Source: Octopus sinensis (Eukaryota). Taken from it: a stretch of 64,000 nucleotides of DNA. Below the pieces are notes generated by a model that worked only from the letters and a program-made list of their open reading frames with translations, ran no database searches and had not been told where the DNA came from. Positions within the stretch are counted from its first letter, which is position 1, and every line of letters starts with the position of its first letter. Location: the NCBI RefSeq assembly GCF_006345805.1, contig NW_021832126.1, positions 124,001-188,000 on the forward strand. Reading direction: 5' to 3'. The translations under genes and the position numbers were made by a program. This document shows positions 36,521 to 49,252 of this stretch, piece after piece.

Positions 36521-37830
36521 TGGACCCGATCGTCAGTACTATCACGTCGATTTTAAGCAAATCTTCCTTTATGAATGATAAATCTAATCTCATCACAAAT
36601 CTTTAGTAATTATGAGCATAAATGTATTATTAATTAACTAACAACTTTATGTATTCTAAAGTAATTAAATTAATTAACAACTTTAACCATTTATCAAATT
36701 ACTAGACGTTAAAGTTATTAATTTTTGTGGTAAATTGCAAGAAAATTGTCTTTCCTGATATGCAAAAATTTGTAATTTGTATTTTTTGTTTGTAATAATT
36801 TAGTGTTGATTACATAATTCAGTGTCTCGTCATTGGGAAGGACTCCACACAATTGGGAAATGTTAAGTGGCCATATCGTCTCTATCGGAACTGAAGAAAC
36901 CAATTGAACAAGGATTAAATTTAATCGTTTTTAATTTATGTCTATGTTTGACCATACTGCAATTAAGTTCAATTTCGGTCAATGTTTAGTGGTTTTATAT
37001 TTTGTCGAAATGAGTAGTTAACGAGAGAGAAGTAGGTTAAATACTGAAAATGTATCTGAATTAGTAAGATAGTTTATATTATGAGCATTTGTATAAATTT
37101 GTGTTAACTTTAGAAAATAAATTGGTCGAGGGAAATGGTCGCGAACTTAAGGAATTTATCATTTTGTTTATAAATGATCAGACGCGTCAACAATTAAACA
37201 TTCTGATGAATAATCAAAGTTTAATACAGTGAAGACTCGTTTAGATAGTCTTATAAATTTATCGAGATATTCAATAAAATTCAATTTATTGTATTACAAA
37301 ATATAGTTCTCGAAAACGTTCTGGGAAGTTAATGTCTAAAGTCGAGGTTTGAATATAATTTTCTCTATTCTGAATTAGGTTAATAAGGAAGTGTTTTAGA
37401 TTCATGTTCTTTGGCATTTCAACTTTAAATAACACGGGTCATTGTATATTCATTAATTGCAACTTGGCAGGGTAATTAAATGGTAGTTATAAGAAAAATG
37501 TTTTTTTCATCACAATAAAAAAATAAAGGCTATGTGTTCTTTCTAATAATACAGCGTTTTTTAAGAATAAACAATCTAGTGCACTTATGTAACTCTGAAC
37601 CATATAATTATTAGCTTGAACCACTTCCCAACAATCGTTCAAATGGCTGCCAGTTGTTTCACAGGGATAACAGTTCAGCCCACCACTGCTCATGGAATGG
37701 CTATTCATTTTTGAGCAGATCAGTTTGTTTTGGCTCATGCATTCATTTAATTTTTCATAGGTTTTGGCGTCGATTGACGGTGTCTATTGCGATTGGGAGG
37801 TTGTATTAGTAGCAAGCACAAGAGGTTTTA

Positions 37831-39536
37831 AAGTCCAACCCAAATGTTAGTGACACCCTATTTTTTCTTAAAAATGCATATTTTTCGCTAAATTTCGAGA
37901 ACTCTAAAAGAATAAAATAATTTTAGGGTTAAGATTGTTTAGCTTACAATAATTATAAGAAAATTTTTCTAATAATTCTGGTTTATTAGATAACAGGAAA
38001 ACAACCCGCCCATACATGTTAGAGACGTCCTTTCATAAGTGATAAATTACATATGCATTATTAATTTAAATAAAATAAAAACAATAAAATGCCTCGTTTA
38101 TCATTTCAAAGTCGAATTGTTTTTATCGAAAATTGAAATTGAAGATTTCTCAGGTTCAAATATCCGAAGATCTTGAAATCTCTCGATGTGCCATTCAAAA
38201 GATTAAGCAGAGATTTTACAATCGATATCAATACTTTCATATGCCGAAAAAAGGTCGAAATAAAAAATTATACAAAATTGATAAACGTTTTCTCGTTAAA
38301 GTATTCATTTTTTTAAGAGTGATTAGTTTATTACGAAAAAAGAATTCGGTCAAGTGTTGAAAGCTTCATGGACGGGAAGCCGACGCGATCGAGAAAGAAT
38401 TAGAGCGTAAGGGATATCCGCTCAAAAAACCATCTTGATTTGCGGGCGTCGCCTGTGATAGTAGACATCTCCTGAACGAAGCTGATTGCCTTACCGCCCA
38501 AGGAACCGGAAGTCTCAACCGCGAATGGAAGGAATTGGAACTTCTCTGTAGAGTATTCAAATCATACCAAAAAATAACACAAATGAGTTACGAAATTACT
38601 GTAACTTCACCGAAAAAGTCAGTGTAACGACCATAAAAAGAATTTTATAAAAAATAATCTTTTCGGTGGTATTTCAATCAGAAAACCAAAATTGAAGCGA
38701 TTTCATATTATACTTGGTACATCAACAAAATTACTTGGAATCAAATGGACTGGAACCATGTCATTTTTTCTGACGAATCCCGCATTCAGCAAGGCCAACT
38801 CTCAAGACAGAATGTCAAAAGTCCTCCCGGGAAAAAATTACATCCAAAATATGTCACAGAAACTGTAAAATATCTGCTCTCTATTACGATTTAGGGAGCA
38901 TAAAAAGTAATAAAGAAAAGCAATCATTTTATGTCGCTCTAATGTCAACTCATCTGAATATCAACGAATTTTAAGTGAAGGATTTGATAATTTGTACGCG
39001 GAAGAGTTCTTCTTCTGCAAGGCGGAGTGACCTGTCATACATCCAAGTCAATGAAAGAGTACCTCACTAAAAATAATATAAATCTTTTGGGAAATTGACC
39101 AAGTCAGTCTCCGGACTTAAACATAATCGAAAATCTATGGTCAATTTGAAAAAATAGAATAAGAAACGTCAATGCGTCCTCAAATCAGGAATTATGGAGT
39201 GAAACAAAAATGCATGTCATTGTAAGATTTTTTAATCCATTCCGGAAAGAATTTCTTCATTAAAAAAATAAAGGCGGAACTACGAAATATTGACTTATTA
39301 AATAAAATTAAATTTGATTTTTTGCGTTTTTTAAAAGGGTGCCTCTAACATATGGGCGGATTGTTCTATTCCATTTTCTAAATTGCCAGAAATATTCCAT
39401 CAACGTTCTTATAATTGTTGCAAACTGATCGATCTTGGACAAAAAATTATTTTATTCTTTTAGACATTTCGAAATTTTACCACAAATATGGATTTTTAGT
39501 TAAAAATAGAGTGCCTCTAACATTTGGACGGGATTG
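37831..39536 (+). mobile_element. Tc1-family transposon, IR/DR type, degenerate
   Basis: TA-flanked imperfect TIRs with inner repeats at ~37995 and ~39340. WNHVIFSDESRI and PSQSPDLNIIENLW. Confidence 0.8.
38360..38560 (-). mobile_element. CRE 3' end (family C) inserted in Tc1
   Basis: Ends ...FSIASASRP*. Closely similar to 53725-53925. Confidence 0.85.
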
Positions 39537-40489
39537 TACTCTATAACTAATTGAGGTCGTAATTTTCTATTTTGGAAAATGAATGTGGCTCCCTCTATAC
39601 CTGTCTCTGAAACTGGGGAGAATACCTAAAGGTGGCTTAAGTTTCATCTTCAAAAAAAGAAGAAATAGAGTTCAACATAACATTTTCGAAAAAGAATAAT
39701 CAATGGGGACTACATGCCAGAAACCTGGTTTTATGCAGAAAAAACATACCTAATCACTAAAAAAATGATTGTGAGACTCTAAATACAAAATGTATTTTGA
39801 CACTACAAATTAGTTATCAGGTGTGTTCGTGGCAAACTGTCTGAGTTTGTGAATGCATTTGGCTTAATTTCCGACAATCAACTTGGTATGAAAAGACAGT
39901 TTCAGGCTGCTAAAGAGCATGTCTACATTAATTAGTGCCTAAATAAGCCTGTCGATCTCTGGGTTAGATTTTCGGACAAATTTCTTCATTTCGTTTTATT
40001 GCGATCAACGTTTCCCAATACTTTTGAGATCCTCGTCACGGACAACCGGCAATATTGCTCTTGGCCGACTCTAGTGCGTGGTGCATCCAGGCCATGCGGA
40101 TCCTCAATATTTAACCTGAGGTTGTAACCAAAAAGCCTTCATCTTGCAACCAGAATCAACTCCGAGATTGGGATGGTTTCTGATGGCATTCTGCAAAGAC
40201 AAATCACTTGTTTAAATAATTGTTAAAAAGGACTTGCGTAACATTTGTTTGAGCTTGGAAAGAATTAGGAATTAAATGAAATTAAGTAACCAAGCAACAC
40301 CGTAGATGGACCAAGATGCAGTCGAAATTCCAAATTGCTGGCTGGAACAAACAATTCTAGAAAATCTGTCAAAAATATCAAATAATAATTTTTTTGAAAC
40401 AAACTCTTCCAAGTGAAGAATCTTGAAATATTTAAAATATTAGTAGTCTCGACGATGTAAGCAGCGATGATCAGTCTCAAGTGACGAAT

Positions 40490-41875
40490 CAGAAACTTGT
40501 AAACATCGGGCACGTGGAAATACTCATAAACCATAATCCGAAACAAGAACCTCCAGAAGTTTTATTAAAAAAGTCTCACAAAAAAGCAAGAAAGTTCCGC
40601 AAGTTATCACAAGTATAAATCCATTGACATAAAGCAGAATCAATCGGCAGTGAACGAACTCGTGAAATGCACAGCTCTGGCAAGACTTGTACACGGAGAT
40701 GCATCATTCGAACATTTGCTGTTTAAGCTCAGACTTGCCGAGGGTTATGCACATATTAAAAGTTGATTTGCTGACCAAGCCACTTCAACAGGACATTTAG
40801 AACACTCAAGACAAATGATTCAGTCAGTAGTCGATGATATCGAAAACATCAGGAAGAAGGAAAGAAAAATTGACATTAAACTATGGCGGTTGTTATTAGC
40901 CGCTCTCTGCTTTTTGGTGAAGACGCTGATCCAACAAAAAAAGTTGGCCAATTAATCTAATCAAGTTATGCTGAAGCAGAAATCAGGTTGACACGACTGA
41001 ATGGAATTCATAAACAATTTTCGGAATTGCCTTACTTAAAACAAGACGAGCAAATGTGCTGGTCTTTGGAGATAAACCATGTTGCTTCCCTGTAATTCAC
41101 AATTTTGGCATTGGAAGATTGTTCGTTGAGAATACCAAAACGGACAGAGCTCTGGAATGCATCAAAACGGCTGTTGAACTATGTAAAAAACTTGTTGGTC
41201 CATACGACATCAAATTGATTGGATTATACCAACTTGAGGGTATATTTGAAGGCTGACCACAGCCCGAATACATCAGGAATCCAGTCAAGCCTTTTGCTTA
41301 TCAGCCGTCGAGACTCTGCAGAAGGCTTATTTTATCGCCAAGTCCAAGTTATGTTCTTATTTTCATTTTCAGTGAAAACAAACACGAGGAATTGGCAGAG
41401 ATAACTTTTTCTTTAGCAAAGCAGTATTCTCGTTGCCAGGAAAGGGAAAAACTCGGTCAGTCATATAACCATATTTCAGACGAGGGCGAACGTTTATTTG
41501 AAGAATCAATCAAACACTACCAAACACTCAACAAAGCCAAAATATTAATTCGTGTTAATCACACTTTCGCATGCTTTTTGACAAAGAGGGGCAAAATGAC
41601 GGTTTTTTTGATTCCAGAATTTTTAAGGAGGCTATCAATGTCCTCAAGAAGGTTGACGACGAAATATGCCGTGACTGTTCAGAGGAGAAGGCTTTAACGT
41701 ACAAACTTATGTCATCTGCTCTAACATTGGCGAAAAAATACAAGGAAGCGTCCATGATGCTCAAAAAAGTTGTTTATTGAATAAATCCAGTGCCTCGATA
41801 TTAAAAGACACCTTCAGGCATGTCCGCGGAATATTAAAGAAATTGAAGAAAACATAACAAAACTGGAAAAGTAGA
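40490..41875 (+). CDS. TTC23: Tetratricopeptide repeat protein 23-like
   Basis: EPPEVLLKKSHKKARKF, NELVKCTALARLVHGD, LRLAEGY, ERLFEESIKHY and KALTYKLMSSA resemble TTC23 segments. Exon structure is not fully resolved. Confidence 0.6.
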
Positions 41876-42598
41876 TTTAATCATTTCATTTATCAGCCAA
41901 ATAAAACTGAACTAACCTCAAAATCTACCCTTACTGTTTAATAATATTAAGTTGTTTATTTTTCTCTGTTAGATAAAAATTGCCCCTCCATTTGTTATAT
42001 ATTTAGTCTCAACTAAGTCACCCAAGGTCACTTCTTTCTGACTAAGAATTAAGACATTAACTGAAATTGCAGTATGAAACTCAAAGATTTAAGAAACTGC
42101 TAAAGTCAGAAGCACAGAACAATATTTCTTCATGATATAATAGAGTTGTGTGTTGGCTTAGTGACTAACACCATGTTTTTTCAACTCAAAACGCCAAAGA
42201 ATAAGTCGTGGCACAAGCAAACGAATTATGCAGTTTACCCCAACGGAGATGCCAGTAAACTATTACGACATAATTCCCTGAAAAGTCCTTACTAGAAGAA
42301 GTGAAAGCGGCTGAATATCCCAAAGTACAAATCAGTAAAAACTATTTATTGACAAATATTATGACAAATTTATTGATTAGAAAAGTAATAAATGAGGATA
42401 CTTATTTCTATCAGTCATCCCACAAGTGACTCTCTTATGTATTAACAATAACCAAAGTAATCTATTAAATGTTAGCCACTATTAAATGCAAGAAATAATA
42501 CTGATATTAGAGTAAATTTTCTTCTTTAATTAGATTATGTTTATCACTTAAAGAAATGAATTTAATTTAATAAATAATTGAATGCTATTATTCTAGTT

Positions 42599-43263
42599 AT
42601 GTCAGTCCAGCGGTTACTAAGAGAGATCAGCGAATTTAAGAAAAACAAGGTTTATGCAAGCAATACATAAAAGAAATAGATAGAAGGAATTGAAATCGAG
42701 GAAGTAGATGACAACAACAAACTTCTTTATGGTTATATCAGCGGGGCCCCGGATTCGCCGTTCGACGGAGGGCACTACAAAGTGGAGATAATAATTCCCG
42801 ATTCGTACCCCTTCTACCCTCCGAAGGTGACTAGACAGAAGAATATCCTAGATGAGGTTTCTTACCAAAGTGTGGCATCCGAACATCAGTTCTAAGACAG
42901 GCTTCATTTGCCTCGACATTCTGAGCTCGAATTGGTGTTTTGTGCACGTGATTGAGCTGTAGGGCTGCGGCCATGACGATTCGAGTGGTGCTGATCTCCC
43001 TTCAAGCAATGCTGGCCGACCCCAACCCGAATGACCCGCAGGACGCTGTGGTGGCTAACCAAATGAACAGGGATTTGGAGATGTACAAGAAGACCGCCCA
43101 GTATTGGAACTTTTTCTACGCATCGGGCAAAATGTGCGACAACTCACTCAAGGCAAAGCAAAACTATATGGTCGATATGGGGTTTGATTCAGAGAATTCA
43201 CTACACGCACTCTCCTCCATTGACTGGGACGTGGAGAAGGCCACTGAGTATCTTTTGCGTTAA
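42599..43263 (+). CDS. UBE2K: Ubiquitin-conjugating enzyme E2-25K/HIP2 with C-terminal UBA
   Basis: Intact. Introns at 42650-42679, 42827-42851 and 42935-42962. [19 protein letters not shown] and [10 protein letters not shown]. Confidence 0.93.
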
Positions 43264-44299
43264 TAGGACTTTTCTTCTTTGAGGGAATCTTATTTGTGCT
43301 ATTTTTGGTCTATTTTCCTTAAGAATTTGCATTTGACATCGTTTGTAGAACCATTGTCTATTCTCAATAAGAACGGCCATGTTGGGTCGACAGAATTAGT
43401 CTCTGTACTTTCAGATATACAGGCTTGGAATGATTATTTGTGTGTAAGTTGTTAGTTTAGGCGAATCTCCCATTTGAAACAAGATGTTATACACTATTTG
43501 TCAATCAATTACATGTTTAGAAGATTACGCACATTATTGATGCAATTTGTGACGACCAAACTGACGAACACTCATCGAATACTAGATTAGTTTCCGGGGT
43601 TTTTTGATATTAAAAAGCATTCTTTTTATAACTCTATAAAATAAGTTTTTGTGGTACTTAGGTTAGCTACATGCCACTTTTTAGTGCTTAATTAAATTAA
43701 TTAATTTTTTTTAATTAATTCATAAAAAGAAATCGTTAAAAAAATCTAGCTATTATGTACTGGCGGATTTAAATAATTTAATTATCAAAATAATTTAACG
43801 TTTTTGATCTTGCCTAATAAAAAATTGTTGATTTTTATTAAAATATCGGATAATTGCATCTTCGCTCGGATAATTGCATTCATTTTTTCAGTCTTTAGTG
43901 TATTGGTCGTGAAAATTGGGGCTGTTGGTCATGAAATAAGTAGTTTTTTACTTGTAGGAGTTCTTTCTAGTTCGTCCCGTAATTCATGGAACCATCGACT
44001 ATTATTATTTAATGTTTATAGTGCCTTTGGTATCTTTTTCTTTTTACATTTTTGCTTTTTTGTTCAGAATTCTCACTGTTCATAGAAGGCTATTATTTTA
44101 GGCTATATAATGACGTACAAGATTTGACATCAAATAAAATATATTCGGGATCTTCGGCCCCAAGACACTCCGCTTCCTTCGCTCGCTCGGTCGACGGATT
44201 TCAAGGACTAGCCACGATCCAAGAGAGTATCTTTTTACTTTAGATAAAATTTGTTTTTTTTGTGTTTAACTGAGTTATTGTTATTTAAAGATAGCTAAG

Positions 44300-44830
44300 T
44301 TAATTAAAGGCCTTACGAGACACCCGGCCAGCCTCGCGAATGGCGAAGCCGTTCCCTCGGATCACAGCAATCGACAGACGTTCCAGGAGCCAAGAAAACT
44401 CTCTTGGATCGTGACTAGTCCTTGAAATCCGTCGACCGAGCGAGCGAAGGAAGCGGAGTGTCTTGGGGCCGAAGATCCCAAAGGACTCCACGGCAATTGG
44501 AGTAAAGAACAGCGAGTTGGAGAGGTGGCCGTACTTGAGAATCTTTCGCTCCTCGGCCTGCCCCGAAGCGTGCCCAGGATTGGCGGCGGACAGAGCGAGA
44601 TTTTTCAACGAGAACGTGTCCAAAGAGGTAGAATCCCAAATAAGGGATTTCCCCTGCTCGTAAAGGAAAAGGGACATGCCGTCAGGGCGTTTGCCATCCC
44701 CTCTATCCAAACCAACTGGTTCAAGGATTGACGGGATGCCTGCTGAAGCGAGGGCTCTCTGTATGACTGAGTTGAGTTTACTGTGACGGGGGGCACGACC
44801 GGCACTCCGCCGGCAAGCGATAACTTCCAT
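44300..44830 (-). mobile_element. 5'-truncated CRE (RLE domain only)
   Basis: ACRRSAGRAPRHSKLN..KRPDG..LIWDST..ERLSIAVIRGN as one open frame. Confidence 0.88.
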
Positions 44831-45665
44831 TGACGTTTTAAACTTTGATAACTTCCATTATTGTTAATAACGTGAAATATTTACATATATAGAGACATTT
44901 TATGTGTAATGAATATATTCAGTCAGTTCGAAATGTTCAGGAAAGGGAAAAGAACAGAATTGACAAAATTTCTCAATGCCGAGAGCGAAGATAGGTACCA
45001 AAGAAGAAAGATGTCAATACACGAGCAGATATCAATACCACCAATTTGTAGAGGTAACATTGGACGAGTAAGTTTTTCTCCAGATAAGGTAACATTGAGT
45101 AATTTCTCGACAGACTTTCAGATAATAAAATCCATGTCAGACAACAGGTTGGGTTCCCGGAAACAGGACACAAAAATTGGTACAATCTTGGAAATTTTTT
45201 TATTGTTGAAATTATAAAAAAATCTAGTTCATATTAATTCCAAGATAAAGACGCCGGCAAAAGAATTGACTTTAAATTCTTCAAAAATCGTAAATAAAAT
45301 TAGTCGGAATAGCCAGATGGTCATAGGTCTTGATGAAAATCTGTCCCCGCTTTTACGAAAAAGCACACGTGCACGGTTGTCCAGTTCACGAAAAAGCACA
45401 CGTCCAGTTCTGTAGATAATCAATCGTTTTCCGTGATTCCCTTAGTACTAAAGCTGACGTAAGAATTTTCTGCTTCTGTCTCCTTTTTGGTCACCTCAAT
45501 GCTTGTTCTTTTCTTATTTTGTAAAAATATTTTTTAAAAACGGATTGTTCATTTTTATGAGATGAAAATTGTTCTTTTAAATGAGGGTTCAAGACTTTTA
45601 CAAATTTCCCAAACTTGTTATTTATATATTTAATTATTTGTTTATAAATAACTTTGATTATATTA

Positions 45666-46520
45666 TGTCACGGTCCAGTGGTGTGCCTATGCCGTAGGTG
45701 TGCCTCCATCGCAATTTTTTTTCATAAAAATTTACTTGGTGGGTTATTTTTATTTGGTAAACCGATTTTTAAAATTTTTTTTCCAAATTATCAACTATTT
45801 TATCGGGAAAATCTTTTATACGAATGGTCCTCCCCTCATACTTCATACAGATAATGGAAAAGAGTTTAAAAACTCAAAAATGGTTAAGTTTTGTGAGGAG
45901 TTTGGGACCAAACATGTTTTTGGGCGTCCTCGTGCACCATGGGTTCAGGGACAAGTTGAAAGGTATAATTTTAGTATTCATTCAATAGATTCAATAGATT
46001 AAAAGATGGTTGTCTTTAACAAGTGCGTCAGAAGGAACATTTGGGAGTTATATGCCATTTCTTGGAAGGATCGTATTCAGATACAATACGACCGTCCACG
46101 AGACAACACAAAAAACTCCATTCTCACTTTTTACTGGCTGTCAGTATCCTCCAAAAATTAATTGCGATGATTTAAATAATCTAATTGCGTTTGAACCCAA
46201 GATGGAAGTAGTTCAGGTAATTTATTTTAATGCATGTTGATAGGCATGTCATGATGCATTGAGGAACACAATCAGGGCAGGGGAAAAAATGCAAAAAAGA
46301 AGGAGATGGAAGGATGATGAAACGTGTATAGGAAGTGGTGATTCTGTCCTCATAAGAGGAGATTTTAACACAAATCCGGCACATCGAACGATGCCGCTTT
46401 ACGACCAGGTGGATACGACTATATATAAAGTTGTGAAACAGAATGGCGACAACTATGAAGTTGAAAAAAAATTGCGATGGAGGCACACCTACGGCATAGG
46501 CACACTCGTGGACCGTGACA
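45666..46520 (+). mobile_element. Internally deleted Ginger-like transposon
   Basis: ~55-bp TIR TGTCACGGTCCA / TGGACCGTGACA. TSD TATTA. HTDNGKEFKN, WVQGQVER|FN with a 26-nt intron at 45963-45988. Confidence 0.92.
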
Positions 46521-46754
46521 TATTATAATAAAATATCTGGTAAACCTAATGTAATTAGATAACCACGTTGCAACTTACGATGCTTTTGTTGTGGATTCAA
46601 CAAATTTTGTTCTCCTAATAATTTTATTTGTTTGTTGTTGTGCTTTATCACTTTTATTTATCACTTTTATTAATGGTTAATGTGTGTATTAAAATCGATT
46701 AAATATATTGTTGACTTACAGAATTTCTTATAGTATTCGATATTCTGTAATATA

Positions 46755-48569
46755 CAGTAGACTATCCATTTAACGAAAAAAAATTTAACGAAAATATTCA
46801 TTTTACGAAAGTCAAAATATTTTTTTACGTTTTTCCTTAGATAAATTCAAAAATAAATTTTTTTTTCTTTGTATTAGTGAATATTTAAATATATTTAACG
46901 AATATTTAAATAACGAAAATTAAAATTTTTGATAAAATTTTAAAATAATTTTTCCTCGCTATTTCTTTGTAGTAAACCATGTGTGCAAGGGTGAACAATA
47001 TGAAGAAAAAAAGAAAAACTTATCAAATTCAACAAAAACTGGAAGTTATTGATTTCAAGAAGAATAATCCTGCTGTTACTCAAGAAAAATGGCTCAGCGG
47101 TTTAATATGCCTATTGGAGTGATCAATTCAACGTTGACGAAAATGCAATTGTATGGATCAAGGCGTCACAAACAAAAAAAGAATATTACATTTAAAAGTT
47201 GTACTGATAAGATATATGAACCACTATATGCATGGATTCAGAACAAACGTTTCTGTAATCACACCATAACTAATGAAATGGTACGCGAAATGGCACTCAA
47301 AATTGCTCAACGATTTTATATTGAAAATTTCAAAGCATCTCACCCATGGATTTCACGCTTTAAGGAAGAGTATAAAATAAAAACACTCACGATTTCTGGA
47401 GAAGAACAATTAGTGGATCCCGTTTTGCTTATAGATTCATATGAACGCTTTGCAGCCATGTTAAAAAAATATGGATCGAAAAATTTTTACAACTGCGATG
47501 AAACTGCCCTTTTTTCAAATGTACTCCAAAAAAACATTAGTTCTTGACTCTGAATCAAGGGCTTCAGGAAAATTTTCTAAAGAACGAATAACACTGTTAT
47601 TATGCACAAATATGGAAGGAGATAAAGAGCATCCGTTGGTAATCGGAAAATTCAAAAATCCTCATGGTTTTAAAAATATTAATATGAATAATCTTGGGAT
47701 TCAATATACAAATAGCAATAAATCTTGGATGACCAGTTTAATTTTTAAAAACTGGGTTGAACGGTTAAATTCCAAAATGAGTGTGGAAAATAGAAAGATT
47801 TTGCTTCTTTTAGATAATGCGCCAGTTCACTATTTTGATGGCGAGTTCAGTAATATCGAATTGTATTTTCTTCCTCCAAAGACAACATCTAAGATTCAAC
47901 CAATTGATCAAGGGATTGTGCATTCATTTAAATTGTTGTATAAAAAAGGAATGACTAGAAATTTGAGTATGGGAACAAATATAGGAACATTGTCATATAC
48001 AGATGAACTTACCAAATTCAAATTAGTGAATGCTCTACCTTTAATTATTGAGGCTTGGAACGAAGTCACAGTGGACACTATCAAAAATTGCTTTAACAAG
48101 GCATTAAATAATTGGGCGAAGATACAGTGGATGTAGATGAAAAAATACTTGAAGAATCCACTGACGAAAAAGGTATTAAATTTAAATCACCTTACAATTA
48201 AAGATAATAAAAGTGAAATTATGATTGAGTTTCCTGTCTGTGCACCTGTCGTCTGCGAAGAAAACGCGTATCTTGATACAATACAATGTGAGGAAGAAAA
48301 TGAGCATGAAGAAATAGATAGCACAAATGACAATCCCATTGGTTATGCAGATGCACTTAAATATTTGGAAAATATTGAAAAATATTTTTTGCAAGAATCT
48401 GGTGAACATATTCACCTAATTACAAATTTGAGAAATATATTGGCAAAAATTAAAAAGAAGGAACCTAAAATTACTGATTACATGACACATTTTTAATTAA
48501 ACAATTTTTTTCGTTAAATTCATTTAACGAATGCTCAATTTTCATTTTCGTTAAATGAATAGTCTACTG
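46755..48569 (+). mobile_element. pogo/Tigger transposon, near full length
   Basis: TIR CAGTAGACTAT..TTTAACGAAAA, TA TSD. CENP-B-like HTH, YNCDETALF, LLLDNAPVH, IQPIDQG. A few frameshifts and stops. Confidence 0.93.
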
Positions 48570-49252
48570 TAATTGGTTTTATTTTGACAATAATTTAATC
48601 TTTTTAATGCTAACGATTTAATACTTTTTGGATATTTTTCAAAACCTTATTTTTTCGTATTTTCATGTTTATTAAGATTTTAATTGGTGGCTGGTCTTTC
48701 TTAAATTCATTTTCATCATTTTGAACGCACAACAACTCAACTAATTGATCTAATTGAAAGTTAAAATCTTTATATCTTCTAACATCAATGAAATCTGGAA
48801 TCTTTCATTTGGACTTGTTGCCGTCACATAGTAATTTAATCAGATCAATAAATTTTTTATTTGATAGTTTTTGGCAATATTTCGGGTAGAATTTTTTAAA
48901 AGCAGCACTTTTTATTTCAGTAATGAGTCATTTTCTGACCTCCATTGAACAATTATGTAAAATATGGGCGACGCAATTGACATGGAAAAGATTAGGATAT
49001 AGATTTTTTAAAACTTTCCGAATGTACAAAACACAGCTTTTCGAATGTGTTATATCCACTCTTTTTTATCATCCAAAGCCATCAATTTGGATAAACTTCT
49101 TGTGATTGTCTAATTAAATCTTTCCCTGACTCTGGGGATTGTTGGGTCGTCCATGAATTTGGACAATTTTGTACTTTTAACAGAGTTTAACTCCGTATCA
49201 TTGTCTGATTGCAAGTCCAAACTGAGTCTTGCAAATATTTTAGATGGAATTA

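Noticed and set aside
40490-41875. ZMYND12 or kinesin light chain
   Set aside because: No MYND finger or KLC repeats. Ordered segments fit TTC23 better.
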